A stretch of 64,000 bases of DNA from Mustelus asterias. Its lineage: Eukaryota. The notes beneath the pieces were generated by a model, which did no database searches, was not told where the DNA came from, and saw nothing but the letters and a program-made list of their open reading frames with translations. The stretch is from positions 23,498,001 through 23,562,000 of the forward strand of contig NC_135811.1 of assembly GCF_964213995.1 (NCBI RefSeq), written 5' to 3'. Made by a program: the position numbers and the translations under genes. This document shows, piece after piece, positions 1-14,258 of this stretch (position 1 is its first letter; every line of letters begins with the position of its first letter).

Positions 1-87
1 AGGTCTGCAGGTTTAGCAATGCAAAATATCCACAGCAATTATCCCCATCAGTTTCACATTGCCAAAAATGCATAAGTATTAACTTAC

Positions 88-160
88 AATGGAGGAGTCT
101 GCATAATGTTTCCTGCAAATTTCTTCAGAGTATTTTCAAGATCATCCTTTGTTACGTGAT
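88..160 (-). CDS. TRUB1: TRUB1 coding exon 5 (73 nt); gene continues beyond the window start
   Basis: TAG acceptor and GTAAG donor; (D)HVTKDDLENTLKKFAGNIMQTPP(L) has the TruB F.G.I.Q.PP motif; phase 1 to 2. Confidence 0.95.
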
Positions 161-639
161 CTAATTAATGGCAAAATAAAACACTCAAGTTCTTGCCTTC
201 ATGCCAAAAGGAAAGAGAAAAAGTATTATTTCAAAGACTATTTTCATTCAAAATAGTCAAAGCAGTATCACTGTTGCAAGATGTTTTGGATGATACAATG
301 ATCCTTGCTTGCCATGTTCCAACATATATAAAACCTCTCTTCTTTCCTCCTACCTCTCTCCTAATGTCAAATATTTAGTAGATCGTAATGGATTAGCATG
401 CTGGGCTTTCATCTCTGGGTTGGAATCTAGCCTTCCTGATGTGATTAGAATCCTCTTTATCTTGATTTTCTTTTTTTAGTTGAAATGAATCTGGGTGGAT
501 CAGGGTCTGTTTCTACTTGGCACAATACCCTAAATTTCACTTTGAAAGAGCAAAGTGAGACTAGTGTGAGGCTCGCAAAAATTCAACCAGGGAGATTTTG
601 GTTAAGCCACACTAAGTACCGAGAAATCCTTTCGTAGAC

Positions 640-1100
640 TTCAAGAAGACACAGACAAGCTGGTTGAATGGGCTGACATATGACAGATGAAATCCAATGC
701 AGCAAAGAATGAAGTGACACATTTTGTCAAAAAGAACAGAGACAATGATGAATGGTAACATTTTAAAGGGGTGCAAGAAGGCAGGCCTGAGAATGCTTGT
801 GCACAGAGATTTGATGATGGCAGCACAGGCTATCGAAGCAGTTGGGATCCTGGACTTTGCAGTCAGTACAAAAGCAAAGAAAATGATGCTGAACTATATG
901 AAACAAGTTCAGCCCCAGGGTGGGGCACTTTTTGTGTGGATAAACTGCAAAGCTGAGGTTGTTCTCCTTTGAGCAGAGAAGGTTAACAGCGGATTTAATA
1001 AGAGTTACTTAAAATCATAAAGAATTGAGAGCGAATAGAAAGGAACTGCTTCCAATGGCTGAAGCGCCAACAGCCAGATGGCACAGATCAAAGGCAATCA
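640..1100 (+). mobile_element. Old CR1-like LINE fragment
   Basis: LQEDTDKLVEWAD...MKSNAAKNEVTHF; YKSKE.MLNYM; CR1-type RT C-terminal region. Confidence 0.65.
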
Positions 1101-1827
1101 ACTAAGGTCAATCCTCAATATGCAATAAAGTCAAGTGAGGGCATAGAGAGGCTTCAAGTTAAAATAACCTGTCAGTACTCATTTGATTTAAGCTTACACA
1201 TGAAAAGCTGAGGGTACCCAACGCCATACAATCTACCACTTTCAGAGGAGAAAGAAAAACACTGGTATGGGACTAGTCAAGTAAGATTCTTATAGTTGAT
1301 ACATTAAAAATGGTATTCAAGCCAATTTAAGTATCCTTGCAATTTAGTGATTTCAGGTGCAAAATTCCATTATGTCCTCCGTTCATGCATTCTCTGTACC
1401 TTCCCTGGAAAAAAATCTCTAAAGGTTGCAGCTACTTTCTCTGCAAATCTGAGCTAACAGACAGAAACATGCCTCCGGGAAGAGGGTGGCACAGAAGGTT
1501 GACTTAAGTGCAGGGAATTGCTGAATAGTACCATTCTAACAGAATCAGCCGAGCATTTCTACTTGCAGTTGTCAATTCATGTTTGCCTTTGCTCTGAAGT
1601 AGGCAAGGATTGGAAGCACTTACCTCTGAAACAATTCTGAGGTTAAAGGTTTAACAAATATTTTGTCACCTGTTGCTGGAAACCGAACAAAAGGACGCCT
1701 CACTTCACAGTCACCACTTTTTGTGTAGACAAATGAACAATGTTCCACAAACAGCAATGAGATGAATGATCAATAAATTTTGGCAATGTTGATCGTGGAA
1801 AATTTCTGCTTCTTTGAAAACATGGAC

Positions 1828-2064
1828 GTCTATGTGGAGTTTGCACTTTCTCCTCGTGGGTTTCCTCCCACAGTTCAAAGATGTGCGGGTTAGGTGGATT
1901 GGCCATGCTAAATTGACCCGAGTGTCAGGGGGATTAGCAGGGGTCAGTCAGGAGTAAATCTGTGGGATTACAGGAACTGGGCCTGGGTGGGATTGTGGTC
2001 GATACAGACTCCATTGGCCGATGGCCTCCTTCTGCACTGTAGGAATTCTATGAAATTCTATGAA
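1828..2064 (+). mobile_element. HE1-type SINE (5'-truncated)
   Basis: V-domain TGTGGAGTTTGCAC..TTCCTCCCACAG; (ATTCTATG)n tail. Confidence 0.85.
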
Positions 2065-2587
2065 AGAGCTTTTATGGAGAGAGAATAAAGCCAACGTTTC
2101 AAGTCTGGATGATCCTTCGTACTACACCCAGCCCTGACAAAGGATCATCTAGACTCGAAACATAGCCTCTATTCTCGCTCCACAGCTGCCGTCAGACCTG
2201 AATTTCTACAGCATTTTCTGTGTATTTCAGATTCCAGCATCCGCAATATTTTGCCTTTATAAGAGCTTTTACGTTCACTTGAACAGGCAAACATGTTTAA
2301 TGTTTTGCTGATAAGGCAACACAGCACTCACTCTGTAGCACTGAAGTGTCAGCCTAGGTTATTTACTCAGTTCAACTGGAGTGGATCTTGAACCCACAAA
2401 CCTCTACCTTAGAGGCGAGTGCACTAACCCTGAACCAAGATTTAATATTTTAAACATTGCAGCCAGTGCACTCCTGAATAGTTAATGCATCAAACCTATC
2501 ACATTATAAAGTTTAAAAACAGAGGAAATCATATTCTGTCGCAAATTTATCTGAGAATTACAATTTAGATTGCTGTAGCTTTCTTAC

Positions 2588-2669
2588 CATACGACTGTTC
2601 TTCTGTCACCATCCCTAGAGCATCAAATGTATCCGTGGCCTTTCCAAGTTCCCCAACTGTTGTATATTT
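2588..2669 (-). CDS. TRUB1: TRUB1 coding exon 4 (82 nt)
   Basis: CAG acceptor and GTAAG donor; KYTTVGELGKATDTFDALGMVTEEQSY(D) has the TruB KxY...LG.ATDT.D..G motif; phase 0 to 1. Confidence 0.97.
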
Positions 2670-4235
2670 CTGAAAATAAATTGGAACAATTAAATTCTAT
2701 AAGATTGCATCGTCAGATATAAGCCACAGGGCATGTTCAAGGTAAACCACTTTTATCGTTTGTGAAATTATGGTTTAGGTAGATATTGCTCCAAACAATT
2801 TCATCATCCATTCTCCTTTACAGTGCGTGTCTTTAATAATAACCGTTTGCTGCTGATGTGCAGTCTGTGTCAACAAACAGGGAGATAGTGAATGAAAACA
2901 TGAGCAGAATTAGATATTGAGCCTGGCTTGCTTGAATTTGACAGGGATTATCCAACCCTCTTCTCCAGCCGATTTGACTACCAGCTGATTTGTCAAACAA
3001 GTTAAAAAAGACAAAGCTTGTGGTCAATTACACAAAAATGAAAACAGAATAAAATGGATTCAGTGAATTACATAACAGTTGACTTCAATCACTGGGTCTT
3101 AACTTATAGAATCACTACTGTGTAGTATGATAAAATGAAAAGAAATTGCTATGATGTTTTGAATAATAACCATATTATGAATGCTCAAGGTTAAAAAAAA
3201 CATTTGAAAACATGCAATTGGTTAATTTAAGTGACTTTTGTCCCGATTACTATTGAGTGCGAGACAAAAAGCTTTGACAGCATGTCTTTTTTTCAGCAAT
3301 AACATGCAATTTATTCATTTCTTCCTCTCAGCCTCCTGCTCACTTTATCTTGGACTTGATTGAGGGTGAATGGACATCCATGAACATTTTCCTAGTTCTC
3401 AGCAAAGCTAGTAAGACTTGCAATGTGGTTCAAGGTGAATCCATGTCAATTTTCTGAGCTATTAGCCTGGCTCCTGCCTCCTTGAAAGAGGCTGTGCCTG
3501 ACAGGCAAGCATCTAGCAGCAAGCCACCTGCAAGGGCATATGTTAGTGAAAGCTAGTCAAACCACTGCCCCAGCAGTCATGCAGCATACTAATACTCTAC
3601 CAGGGATTACCTGTGGAAGATTAAATCAATATAACAAAATTGCTCATTATCCTGTATTAATAAATCAAAGGTCTAATGAAGGTGAGAAGCAGAATGCTAT
3701 TGTACTGTTACAAAATGGCCAATTCATATATATCTTCCTTTCCTAGGTTATAATTTGTTGAAGCACCTCCGCCCACATAACCAATGGTGATCCATAATCA
3801 TACACTTTTGTAATAAGTATCTTGACACACAAGCTAAAGCTTTGGAGCTCAAACACGGAAGAATAATCAGTGTGCAAAGTAAAATAAATCATAAAAAGTC
3901 AAATTAAATTTTCAAATCACAACCTTCCGAAAATGAATTGAGAATATTATTCATATTACAATGCAGTTATAGCCAATTCTCACCCTACTAATCTTGCCTT
4001 GCAGCATAATTCAAAGTGCAATATTACAATAACAGAGCAGAATGGTAATTGTAGAAATTAAGATGTGGAATTAGAACCAAGTACATTTCAAAAGTCCAGT
4101 AGCTCTTTCAGTAACTTCATTGCTAATGGTAGATAGCCAGAAAATTACATTATTTACAAAAAGGTTGACATGGAAGTCATCAACAGCTAAGAATGTCATA
4201 TTGAGCTTTAAAAATGCAATACTATGACTGGCAGT

Positions 4236-4508
4236 TCATAGAATCTAACAGTGCAGAGGAAGGCCATAACCAGTCTACACCGACCACAATCCCACCCAGG
4301 CCCTCTTCCCATAACCCAATGCATTTACCCCAGCTAGTCCTCCTGACACTAAGGGGCAACTTAGCACAGCCAATCCACCTAACCGCATATCTTTGGACTG
4401 TGGGAGGAAACCCACTCAGACACGGGGAGAATGTGCAAACTTCACATAGACAGTGACCCAAGCCGAGAATCGAACTCGGGTCGATTCCCGGCTTGGGTCA
4501 CTGTGTGT
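4236..4508 (-). mobile_element. HE1-type SINE with folded-back head
   Basis: Reverse complement of the HE1 body; head replaced by an inverted duplication at 4450-4504. Confidence 0.85.
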
Positions 4509-4511
4509 AGT

Positions 4512-5035
4512 ACAAACACAAGGATGCCATGGGGAACCTTGATAAAACACTGGTCCACCCTCAACTGCAGTAGCATGTCCACATTCTGGGTGCTTGAGGA
4601 AGGATGTGAAGGCATTGGACAGGACGTAGAAAAGATTTAGGAGAATGGTTCCAGGGATGAGGCACGTCAGTTGCATGGATAGATTGGAGAAGCTGAGGCT
4701 TTTCTCCTTAGAAAAAGTTGAGAGGTTAGAGAGATATTCAAAATCATGTGGGGTCTGGACAGAGTAGATTGAGAAAAACTCACATTGATGGAAGGGTGGA
4801 GAAGCAAAAGACACCGATTCAAAGTGAATGGCAACAGAACCAAAAGCAACTGAAGAAAAAACTTTATTTCTTTAGATACAGTGAAGGATTAGGATCTGGA
4901 ATGCACGGCTCGAGTGTGGTGGAAGCAAATTCAATCACAGCTTTCAGGGAATTGGATAATTATCTTTAATAAATGAATTGCAGTATAATGGGGAAAGGAT
5001 AGGGGAGTGGGACTAGCTGAGATGCTCCTGTAGGA
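4512..5035 (+). mobile_element. Old CR1-like LINE 3' fragment
   Basis: RLEKLRLFSLEK; VVEANSITAFRELDNYL. Confidence 0.7.
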
Positions 5036-5038
5036 AAC

Positions 5039-7071
5039 TGTTATGATGTCAATTGATATTTCTACCGGACAAGTCGGATCCCAGGGTGGAGCCCAGCTTG
5101 ATAGATTGTAACTTTTACTTTTTGTTCAGAAACATGGAGGGGGCTACTGAAGAGTCACAGGAGTCTGTTGATCAACTTCTAACAAAAGAATAAAACATTT
5201 ATTAAACAAGAAAAGATGAACTATATTACAACACTGCTTCACCCCAACTCTTCTATATCCACAGATCTCTGAAGGTTGCCACTCAAGTGGATAGAGCCGT
5301 GAAGGCGGCCTATAGTGTGTTAGCGTTTATTAACAGGGGGTTTGAGTTTAAGAGCCGTGGGGTTATGCTGCAACTGTACAGGACCTTGGTGAGACCACAT
5401 TTGGAATTTTGTGTGCAGTTCTGGTCACCTCACTATAAGAAGGATGTGGAAGCATTGGAGAGAGTGCAGAGGAGATTTACCAGGATGCTGCCTGGTTTGG
5501 AGGGTAGGTCTTATGAGGAAAGGTTGAGGGAGCTAGGGCTTTTCTCTTTAGAGCGGAGGAGGATGAGAGGTGACTTAATAGAGGTTTATATGATGATATG
5601 GGGGGATAGATAGAGTGGACGTTCAGAGACTATTTCCTCGGGTGGATGTAGCTGTTACTAGGGGGCATGACTATAAGGTTCATGGTGGGAGATATAGGAG
5701 GGATGTCCGAGGTAAGTTCTTTACTCAGAGTGGTTGGGGTGTGGAATGGATTGCCTGCTGTGATAGTGGAGTCGGACACTTTAGGAACTTTCAAGCGGTT
5801 ATTGGATAGGCACATGGAGCACACCAGAATGATAGGGAGTGGGATAGCTTGATCCTGGTTTCGGACTAAGCTCGGCACAACATGGAGGGCTGAAGGACCT
5901 GTACTGCGCTGTACTGTTCTATGTTCTATTAGAGATTTGTAAGGATAACGAGCTACAAAATCTCTCTTATGCTCTTTTCAAAGTAAGCAGTCCATGTAAA
6001 ACAATAGGCGAACTGTGGTCCAACACACCACACTCTGAAACCAAGTCACTGATGCCATCCAAAGCAATTTCTATGGATCTCCCATCAACTCCCTCCAGAT
6101 GCCTGTCACACTGAGAATCAACTGGTCTCACAGAAGCTCTGTGTTTTAACGTGGGTTTCCAATTTCCAGTCGCCTTGCAATTTCCTTCCAAACTATGCTT
6201 TCACTTGGACATCTTCAACAAAGATCCACGTCCAGGTTTTCAATCTCTTCTTCTGATGTTTCTCTCTCCGGGATCGCTTTGTGCATCCTATCTTCCACAC
6301 TCTCTTGCTACTCAACTGTACCAAGAATGCCACTGTCTCACTGGGCCATAGTAAAGTGTTATAGGCTTGCAGCTGTCTCCTTTGATCTTCAGGCTTCTCA
6401 TAAGTCTAAAGCTTTAAATCTGCTTCCTGCAGCCTCTCTCGATATAAACGTGGAAGCCTTCCTCTCCCCCTCACTCTCTAGTTCACTGAACAGGACCTTT
6501 TCCAGATTCCGGTTCTTTTCCTTTGACTAAATCTTCTTCAGACCTTTCCCCTTAGGCCTTGCTCCATGCAATTCCCTCTCCCAACTTGGGAGATCCAGAA
6601 CACACTCAACATTCACTGTTACTTTAACTTCAGAGCAATTCCTCAGATGCTCTTTTGGTGAGCAGAGTCGGTGGGCCAAATAGCCTTCTTCTGCACTGTA
6701 GGGGTTCTGTGGTTCTATGGCAATCTGCTGGTATGTGCAGTTAAAGGGATTTAAGCTGCTCCCTTCACTTTAGTGCATAATCACCAACTCGAATTGCTTT
6801 CTGTTCTCCAGTGGCCTCCCTGTTATTAGGCAACAGCCTAGTTTTGTTTTCGGCCTGTGTTTGCTTTAACTTCCCTTCAAGAGTGGCAAAACCTCATTAA
6901 AAATGCAGGTATATAAACGGCTTCAAATATGCTGTCTCCACTAAAATTAAACTAGACCCAGGTTTCACCTTTTTTAAATCCACAAATAAAAAAATATAAA
7001 CTTAAAGCTATATCTTACACCTAACATTCATAGATACAAGTACAGCTTACTTGAAACTCTATTTCCTAACA
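5039..7071 (-). mobile_element. Probable solo LTR (TG...CA) with nested CR1 fragment
   Basis: Starts TGTTATGA, ends TTCCTAACA; similar to 20230-21037 at both ends; interrupts a CR1 3' tail. Confidence 0.55.
5255..5928 (+). mobile_element. CR1/HER1-like LINE 3' end
   Basis: LYRTLVRPHLEFCVQFWSPHYKKDVEALERVQRRFTRMLPGL; 3' UTR GGGCTGAAGGACCTGT..GTTCTATGTTCTA. Confidence 0.92.
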
Positions 7072-8049
7072 ACCAGCATCGTCACAAAGGGCAGAAAGGC
7101 TTCCTTCTGTGCTGCAGTCATATTATGATTCTATAATTAAGCAAGCTTGAGGCATTGTATGACCTACTCCTGTTTCTATTTATGTTCTTAATCATGTCAC
7201 ATCGTTCATATAGTACATTAGCTGGTCACCAAAGACATGTGACAAACTTTTAACTATTGGGTGAACAAAGCAGCCATTGCAAGAGAATAACCTACTTGAC
7301 CTTTCCCTTATCAAACTACCCATCACAAACATGCCTCCCAACAATAATGTTGGTAGACGATACCACCACACAGTCATTATGAAGATGAAGACTCATCTCC
7401 AGAGTGGGGACAATATCTATTTTGTACTCTGGCACAATCAGTGCTATTTAGGACACAGTAAAGACAATCAGAGTCACAAAGTGGGCATCCATGAGGAGCT
7501 ATAGGCATCGGCAGAAGTAAATACCATAACCTATAATCAAACGGACTAACACATCTCTCACTTCATCATCAAGACAGGAGGCCAACACTGGTTTAATGGA
7601 GAACATAGAAGGACATGCACCAGGTATGTGCTGAAATTATAGAATCTACAACATAGGGGCTATCAACATAATAAATACCAAGAACAAAGTGAAGACTCTC
7701 CCTGGCTACTACACAAATGTAGTCCTTTCACATGCAATTAAAGCTGGTGGGAGCAACTAGAAAACAAATAGATTCCATGAACAACTTCAACCGATGGTAG
7801 CACCCAGTATACAACTGTGTTTGTAAGTTTCTTCAGCTGGAAGTGTCAAATGAATGAGCTGACTCAGCCTCCAACTTATCCACAGTCACGGGTACCAATT
7901 TAAAGCCAATCTGATCACTTCTCATGACATTAGGCTGTGGAGCGCATTTGATTCAGTGAAGGCTACACGGCTCTAACAACATCCAAGATATGCTGAAAAT
8001 CAGTGCACCAGAACTATAGTTTCTGCAGATTGCACCTACACTGAATTTA

Positions 8050-9410
8050 GAAGAATAAGTGATTTTATTGAAACATAAGATTCTGAAGGGACTTGACAAC
8101 GTAGATGCTGAGGGGATATTTTCCCTCGTATATGAGAAGCTAGAACCAGGGGGCACAGTTTCAATAAAGGTGGGGATCCCCATTTAAGATGGGGATGAGG
8201 GGGAATTTCTTCACTCACACGGTCGTTAATTTTTTGGAGTCTCTATCCCAGAGAGCAGAGGAGGGTTTGTCATTGAATGTGTTCCCGTGGCTGTATCAGA
8301 CGTATTTTTGGCTACATCAGCTATAGTTTTATTGAATGGCAAAGCAGGCTTGAAGGAATTAGGTCTACTCCTGCTCCACTAACCTAGTTGTGCCAATATA
8401 GCTACGATAGTGATACCGACCCAAAAATGTAGAAGATTGCCCAGGGTTTTGTCTATCGCATAAAAGTGAGGAAAACTTGAACCAGCAATTACTGCCCAAT
8501 CATCAGAAAATGATGAGTCCTCAATCAAACCACTAAGTGATATCTACTTATCAATAACATGCTCACCAGGAAGATTCAGCAAAATTCATTTGGTTCTAGA
8601 GTAGAGGAAGAGGCTGGGTGCTTTGTGATGAGTGGCCCACTTCCAGACTCATTAATGCCTCTCTACCATCTTCATTCAAGACAAGGACATGATGTAAAGC
8701 TCATCATTCACCTGCAAGTGTCATAATAACATTCGCGAAACTTTACACCACGCAGGACAGACTATTTAGTTGATATATTCTCATGTCAAGGGAGGAAGAG
8801 GGAGAGCAGGACTATTTGGAGTGCAGTAAAAGTTAATCTAGAAACAGGAGTCAGCTGTTCAGTTCCTCGAGCCTGCTCTACCATTCAATTAGATCATGGC
8901 TTCGTATCTCAAATCCATTTGCCCTCCCTTTCTCCATTTGCCTTGATATCCTTGCCCAACAGAATTTGCCAGTCTAACTCTTCCAACATCCGCAGCTTTT
9001 TTGTGCAGAGAATTCTAGATGACTTATATTGTGAAAAAGTGATTCCTGATTTTTCTTCTAAATGGTTTTTCCTCTCATTTTTCCTTCTAATTTTAAGATT
9101 GTCAGCTTTATGCTGATTTCTCTTCCCTCCCCCCAGCCCACTGAGGAAATAGCTTCTATGCACTTATCCCATTGTAACCTGTTAACATTTTAAGACCTTT
9201 GATCAGATTATCCCTCAATCTTCAGCACACAATGGAATATAAATTAATGCAATCCACCCTCGTAATCTAGTTCTTTAAGCCCGGAAAATCTGCACAGCAT
9301 CCCCTCCACGGCCAGTATATTCTCCTTGAGGCACAGTGCCAGAACTGAATGCAGTGCTCCAGATGGGATCTGGCCAAAGCTCGGTTCAACTGAAGCATAA
9401 CTTCCCCTCT
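8050..9410. mobile_element. Cluster of degraded CR1-like fragments (8050-8380 plus; 8870-9410 minus)
   Basis: GAATTTAGAAGAAT...GAAACATAAGATTCTGAAGGGACTTGAC; CCATTCAATTAGATCATGGCT 3' UTR motif. Confidence 0.6.
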
Positions 9411-10877
9411 TTTATAAAATCCATTTAACAAACCACACTATTCAGCTCTGACCTGTCACATCTCAATCAAGATTCATCCATCTTGTCAACTGCACGAGTG
9501 CGCTTGGGTTAGAAAGTCAGCTGGTTCCTATAAAGGTTGATTGACCCACAATGCCAGTTTTATGCCCAGGTGGAAATTTGAAATTCCATACAATTGTGTT
9601 TTGCGGAGCATACACTTTCATTGTAAACCTTCCTAATTATAGTTGCAGCTTTTTTTTTAGTAAATTCATGGGATCCGGGCATCACTGGCAAGGTAAATAT
9701 TTACTACCTAACTCTAATTACCTGTTGTTAATTTAGCCAGTTCTTATAATGTTAAAATCAAAGTTAAATGTATTTCTTCAACTGGTGCTTTTTAGTTCTG
9801 AATCAGAATCCAGGTTAAATAATCAGCTTACATCTATATTATCCATACTTCTAATTGCAAAAATATATACTGAATATTCATACTGATTAATCATTAAATT
9901 TGTTGAATAAAATATGTACAAAAGATCTTTTAAAAGCTATGATCAGAAAGGAATAGCCTGAGTGAATTTTCTGGAGTGGTGGCTAAATGTACTTCCCGAA
10001 CAAGCACTTTCATAAACAGGACAAATCTGCTAACAATAATGGACATCTAGGAACTCATGTAATCCAGTGTAGACTACTGCAATGGACCAGTCAAGCATAG
10101 TTTCTTTCATCCAACAATAAGGTCAGATAGAATATATCGATCAAATCTGTTCAAACCCAAGTCAGTCGCTCAGAAATTCTCTCAGTTTAATGGATCTAAA
10201 TTACACAAATTATTAAATGCAAGATGCTGGATTTGAGTCTTTCTAAGCTTCTCCCAGGCAATCTGTAAATCTAATTGCATATATGGTATCATCAATATAA
10301 AATGAAGCTCATTAGGCAGTTTTACATTTCCTATTCAATTTAGCTGCTTACTGATCAGCTTTCAGAGCTTATGTGCATGAATAACAGAGCCTTAATGTGT
10401 TTCACTTACATGGATGATTTTTGGATACATTATTGGGCTAATACAAAAAGTAAATTTTATATCAATTCCCAAGTTATTCTGCATTAAATAACCATTACAA
10501 TTCACTTTTGAATATTAGATGCACAGAAAATCTGAGCTAGTAAGAAAGATAACAAGAATAGTGATTTCACAAAACAATCTTCGTGGTTGCTGGAATCCCC
10601 AAAAGGCTAAAAGAAAGTGCAAAGCTGTCACCTGTCATGTCAGAGATCCAATTTATGAGTTAATGCATTTGCAATGCTGTGGCAGATTTTGCAAATCTGA
10701 TTTATTCTGGAAAAGCAAGACAAACAGCAATATTTACAGGGATTTTGAGTCATCACCCAGGAAACACAAGCAAATTATCTGGGACTGGATATGTAGGGCG
10801 TTTGTTCCACTTTATTAAATAGCCAATTGGCAAACCCCGACATGTGTATGGGTGCTTTCTGCAGCAACTGCACTCCA

Positions 10878-11325
10878 TAACATAGGAACATAGGAACTTG
10901 GAGCAGAAGTAGGCAAAATTGAGCCCTTCGAACCTGCTCCGCCATTCAATCAGATCATGGCTGATCTCTCCCTGGTCTCAAATCCATCTCCCCACCCTGT
11001 TCCCGTATCCCCTTATCAGAAATATATCTATCTCCTTCTTGAAACCAATGATTCAGACTCCACTGCACTATGGGGCACTGAGTTCCACAAATTCACCACC
11101 CTCTGCAAATAGTTCCTCCTCATTTCAGTTTTAAATCTATTGCCTCTCAACCTATACCTGTGACCTCTTATCTTAGATTGTTCCACAAGTGGAAACATTT
11201 GGTCTACATTTACTTTATCAATCCGTTTTAAAATTTTATATACCTCGCTCAGATCCCCCCTCATCCTTCTAAACTCCAGTGAGTATAAACTCAAACTGTG
11301 TAATCTCTGCTCCTACATTGTCATA
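10878..11325 (-). mobile_element. CR1-like LINE 3' end
   Basis: LYSLEFRRMRGDLSEVYKILKRIDKV..RGHRYRLRG..QRVVNLWNS. Confidence 0.88.
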
Positions 11326-12293
11326 AGAGGGGATTTCACCAATCCGGTCTCCAACGGCCCTTGCACTAATTATGTCAGATCTGTGCATTAGGGAACAATC
11401 ATGACAGAAATGGGGCCCAGCATACAGAGAATACCAGTTTCCGAACAGCAACTGATTGCCACGAGGAAAGCTGCAATTCTTAAAAATTGCTATTTAAAAC
11501 ATGTTCTGTAGCCCCTTTGGCTACAGCAATGGGCGCCAAGATATAGTGAGGAAAGATTTGGGAACACCCTTCTTCTATGAAGGGTCGGGACCTTAGCAGA
11601 CTGGCAAACAGAACATCCACCCCAGCACTATTAAGAAATCTGACCATGTTGCCAAAAAAAGAGAGATAAAATACCACAAAAGGTTTTAATCTGCATTATT
11701 GCAACAATCCCCTGAGGTGGGAAAATAAAAGTCAACAGAATGTGCAGTCCTCCTAGTCATGGGTCATAATCCAAGCCGAGAACAGATGGTGGGCGAGTGT
11801 ATTGGGAGGAGAATGGTTAAGGAAGAGAGAACAGGCACAAAGCACAAACTTGCAAATTTAATTAGAAGGCGCATAAATGTTGCACCACCTTTGAATATTT
11901 ATGAACTATATTTCCCAGTTAAATAGATATATTGTGCAATATCCTAATTTTCTTAATTGATGTTCAGTCGTACGCAGACAACAGGGGGAAGAGAAAGAAC
12001 AGACTGCTTTACTAAAAAACAGAGGAACTGAAATGCTCTCCAACTGTACACAGTTCACAAGTTTCAAAATTATGTTGCCTCCCTATATGAAGTTCCTGGC
12101 ATAAAACCAGTCAAAATCTTTTGACAAACATTTTGGTCATCTCTTGACTTATTAATTAACCTCAATTATAAAATAATATTTCCAACATTAAAAAACTACA
12201 GGGTCTGACTTCAAGAGGAATAAAGTGCAATGGCCGAGGTTTAACAGCGTACGGGGCAACACAAATGTGATGCTAGATTTGAACCTCGGTCTC

Positions 12294-13488
12294 TGTGTTA
12301 ACCCCCACAAGGTCTAGGGGGAACTGATTGATCTCCCTGTGGGACTCGTTGAGTACAAGTTTCCTGTTAATAGACAGTTATCTGCCCAGCTGGAAACCAT
12401 TACTTTCATACACAGGCCCAAGACTGGGTCGACTGAACTTTAGTCCCAGACAGAGACTAATGTGTGTGTACACTACGTAGTGGTTTTACTTTGCATTCTG
12501 TAATAAACTATGTTCCTTTCCAGTCAGGCTTCCTGGACAGTCTTGCCTTTCAATGAAGCCGGTACGACAGTGATGGGGAGATATTTAAAATGCCGCTGCT
12601 TGAGAAACTGGAAACTTGTGATTCGGACATGGAGGATTGGCCCCAGTACGACAAAAGAATGAGATACTTTTTTTCCGAGCAAACGGCATAGAGGAGGTCA
12701 ACTGACAAAACGTCATCCTCTTGAATGCTTGTGGGGCCCTGACTTTCAGCATCATAAAATGTTTAACCGATCTGGCAGCCCCGGATTCAAAATATTTTGA
12801 CAAATTGGTAGATATGCTAGCGGACCAATAGGAGCCTAAACCATCTGTTGTATTTCAACGCTACAGATTTAACACGGCAAAGAGACTTCCTGGGGAACTG
12901 AATTCTTGATGAGACTGCAGAAATTGGTGGAACACTGACTACGGGTCAGCACTTCTGCAAATGTTAAGGGATCGTTTACTATTAATAATATTGGGACCCA
13001 AAGGAAGCTACTGATTGAACCAACTCCAGACTTCAAGAAAACCATAGAATTAGCCCCCTCCTGCAAAAACTCAGAAAAAGAGGCCCAGGAGTTTCAGGGG
13101 TCCATAGATGACGACACCCATACTGCAGAATCATACAGGGCAGAAGAGGCCCTTTAGCCCATCGAGTCTGAACTGACACATTAGAAACATCTGAACTCCC
13201 ACCTAATCCCATCTGCCAGCACTTGCCCCATAGCCCTGAATGTTATGATGTGTCAAGTGCTCATCCAGATGCTTTCTAAAGGACGTGAGGCAACCCGCCT
13301 CCATCACCCTCCCAGGCAGTGCATTCCAGACCGTCACCACCCTCTGGGTAAAAAGTCTTTCCTCAAGATTGGGCCTCCTGAACTGTAGCCCCAAGCTGCG
13401 ACCAGTACATGTACTCAATGTAGTGGTTTTACTTTGCATTCGAGAATAAACAATGTTCCTTTCCAGTCGGGCTTCCTGAGTCATTACA
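12294..13488 (+). mobile_element. Internally deleted Gypsy LTR retrotransposon (5' LTR, gag remnant, partial 3' LTR)
   Basis: Shared LTR segment GTAGTGGTTTTACTTTGCATTC...AATAAAC.ATGTTCCTTTCCAGTC.GGCTTCCTG at ~12477 and ~13420, ending TCATTACA; gag MPLLEKLETCDSDMEDWPQYDKRMRYFFRANGI...PKPSVVFQRYRFNTAKRLPGE from 12590. Confidence 0.85.
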
Positions 13489-14258
13489 ATCCCAGAGGAA
13501 AAGACAATGCCAACCAGTCTGCCTCATCAGAAATTTTCTAACTGAGCTCTCTCAAAACAGAATGAGACTGCTTGAACACCTCTCCTCAATGCTGCTCTGC
13601 AGAAATGACCTGTAAGTCAGCAAGCCCATAGTCAACAAGTATAGCCAGCGAATATTAGATTTTGATTAGAAAACCTGAACAAAAATTCACTTTTTATTAC
13701 TTCGAGGTGGCTTGAAGGAAGAAGTTAATGAACAAAAAAGTGTAGATGATATAATTTTTTTACTTAACATAAAAAGATAACAGTTGATATGTCAAAGCTG
13801 AAAAAGGCTTTTACTGCTCAGCCAAATCAGCATATCTCATTTCCACAGGTCACTGATTCTTTCCTCACCCAGGGCAGAAATCAAGGTGCAATTTCCTGGG
13901 AAGAATTAATACAGGAACACACGATTGCTACAATATTCGCTCTTGGCCAAAACAAATCAACTATGTTGGATGCAGTGGGAGAATGGGAGCAAAGGTAGTC
14001 CTTAGTGGTCAATAAATGCAATTTTCCATTTATAGATACATATGTAACTGTCTAGACAAAACAAAACCTGCAGTAGCAATATTCTAGCAACCCAGCAGTT
14101 ACAAAATCAAAGCTGTATTTTATGCTCAACCCCTGCTAAGATGCAGACTACTAAGATTTACATATTATTAAATGGATTCTGCAGTCCAATAATAGCAGCA
14201 ACTAAAATAAAAACAAAAGCTCAGCAGGTCAGGCAGCATCTATGTAGAGACTTCTTCT

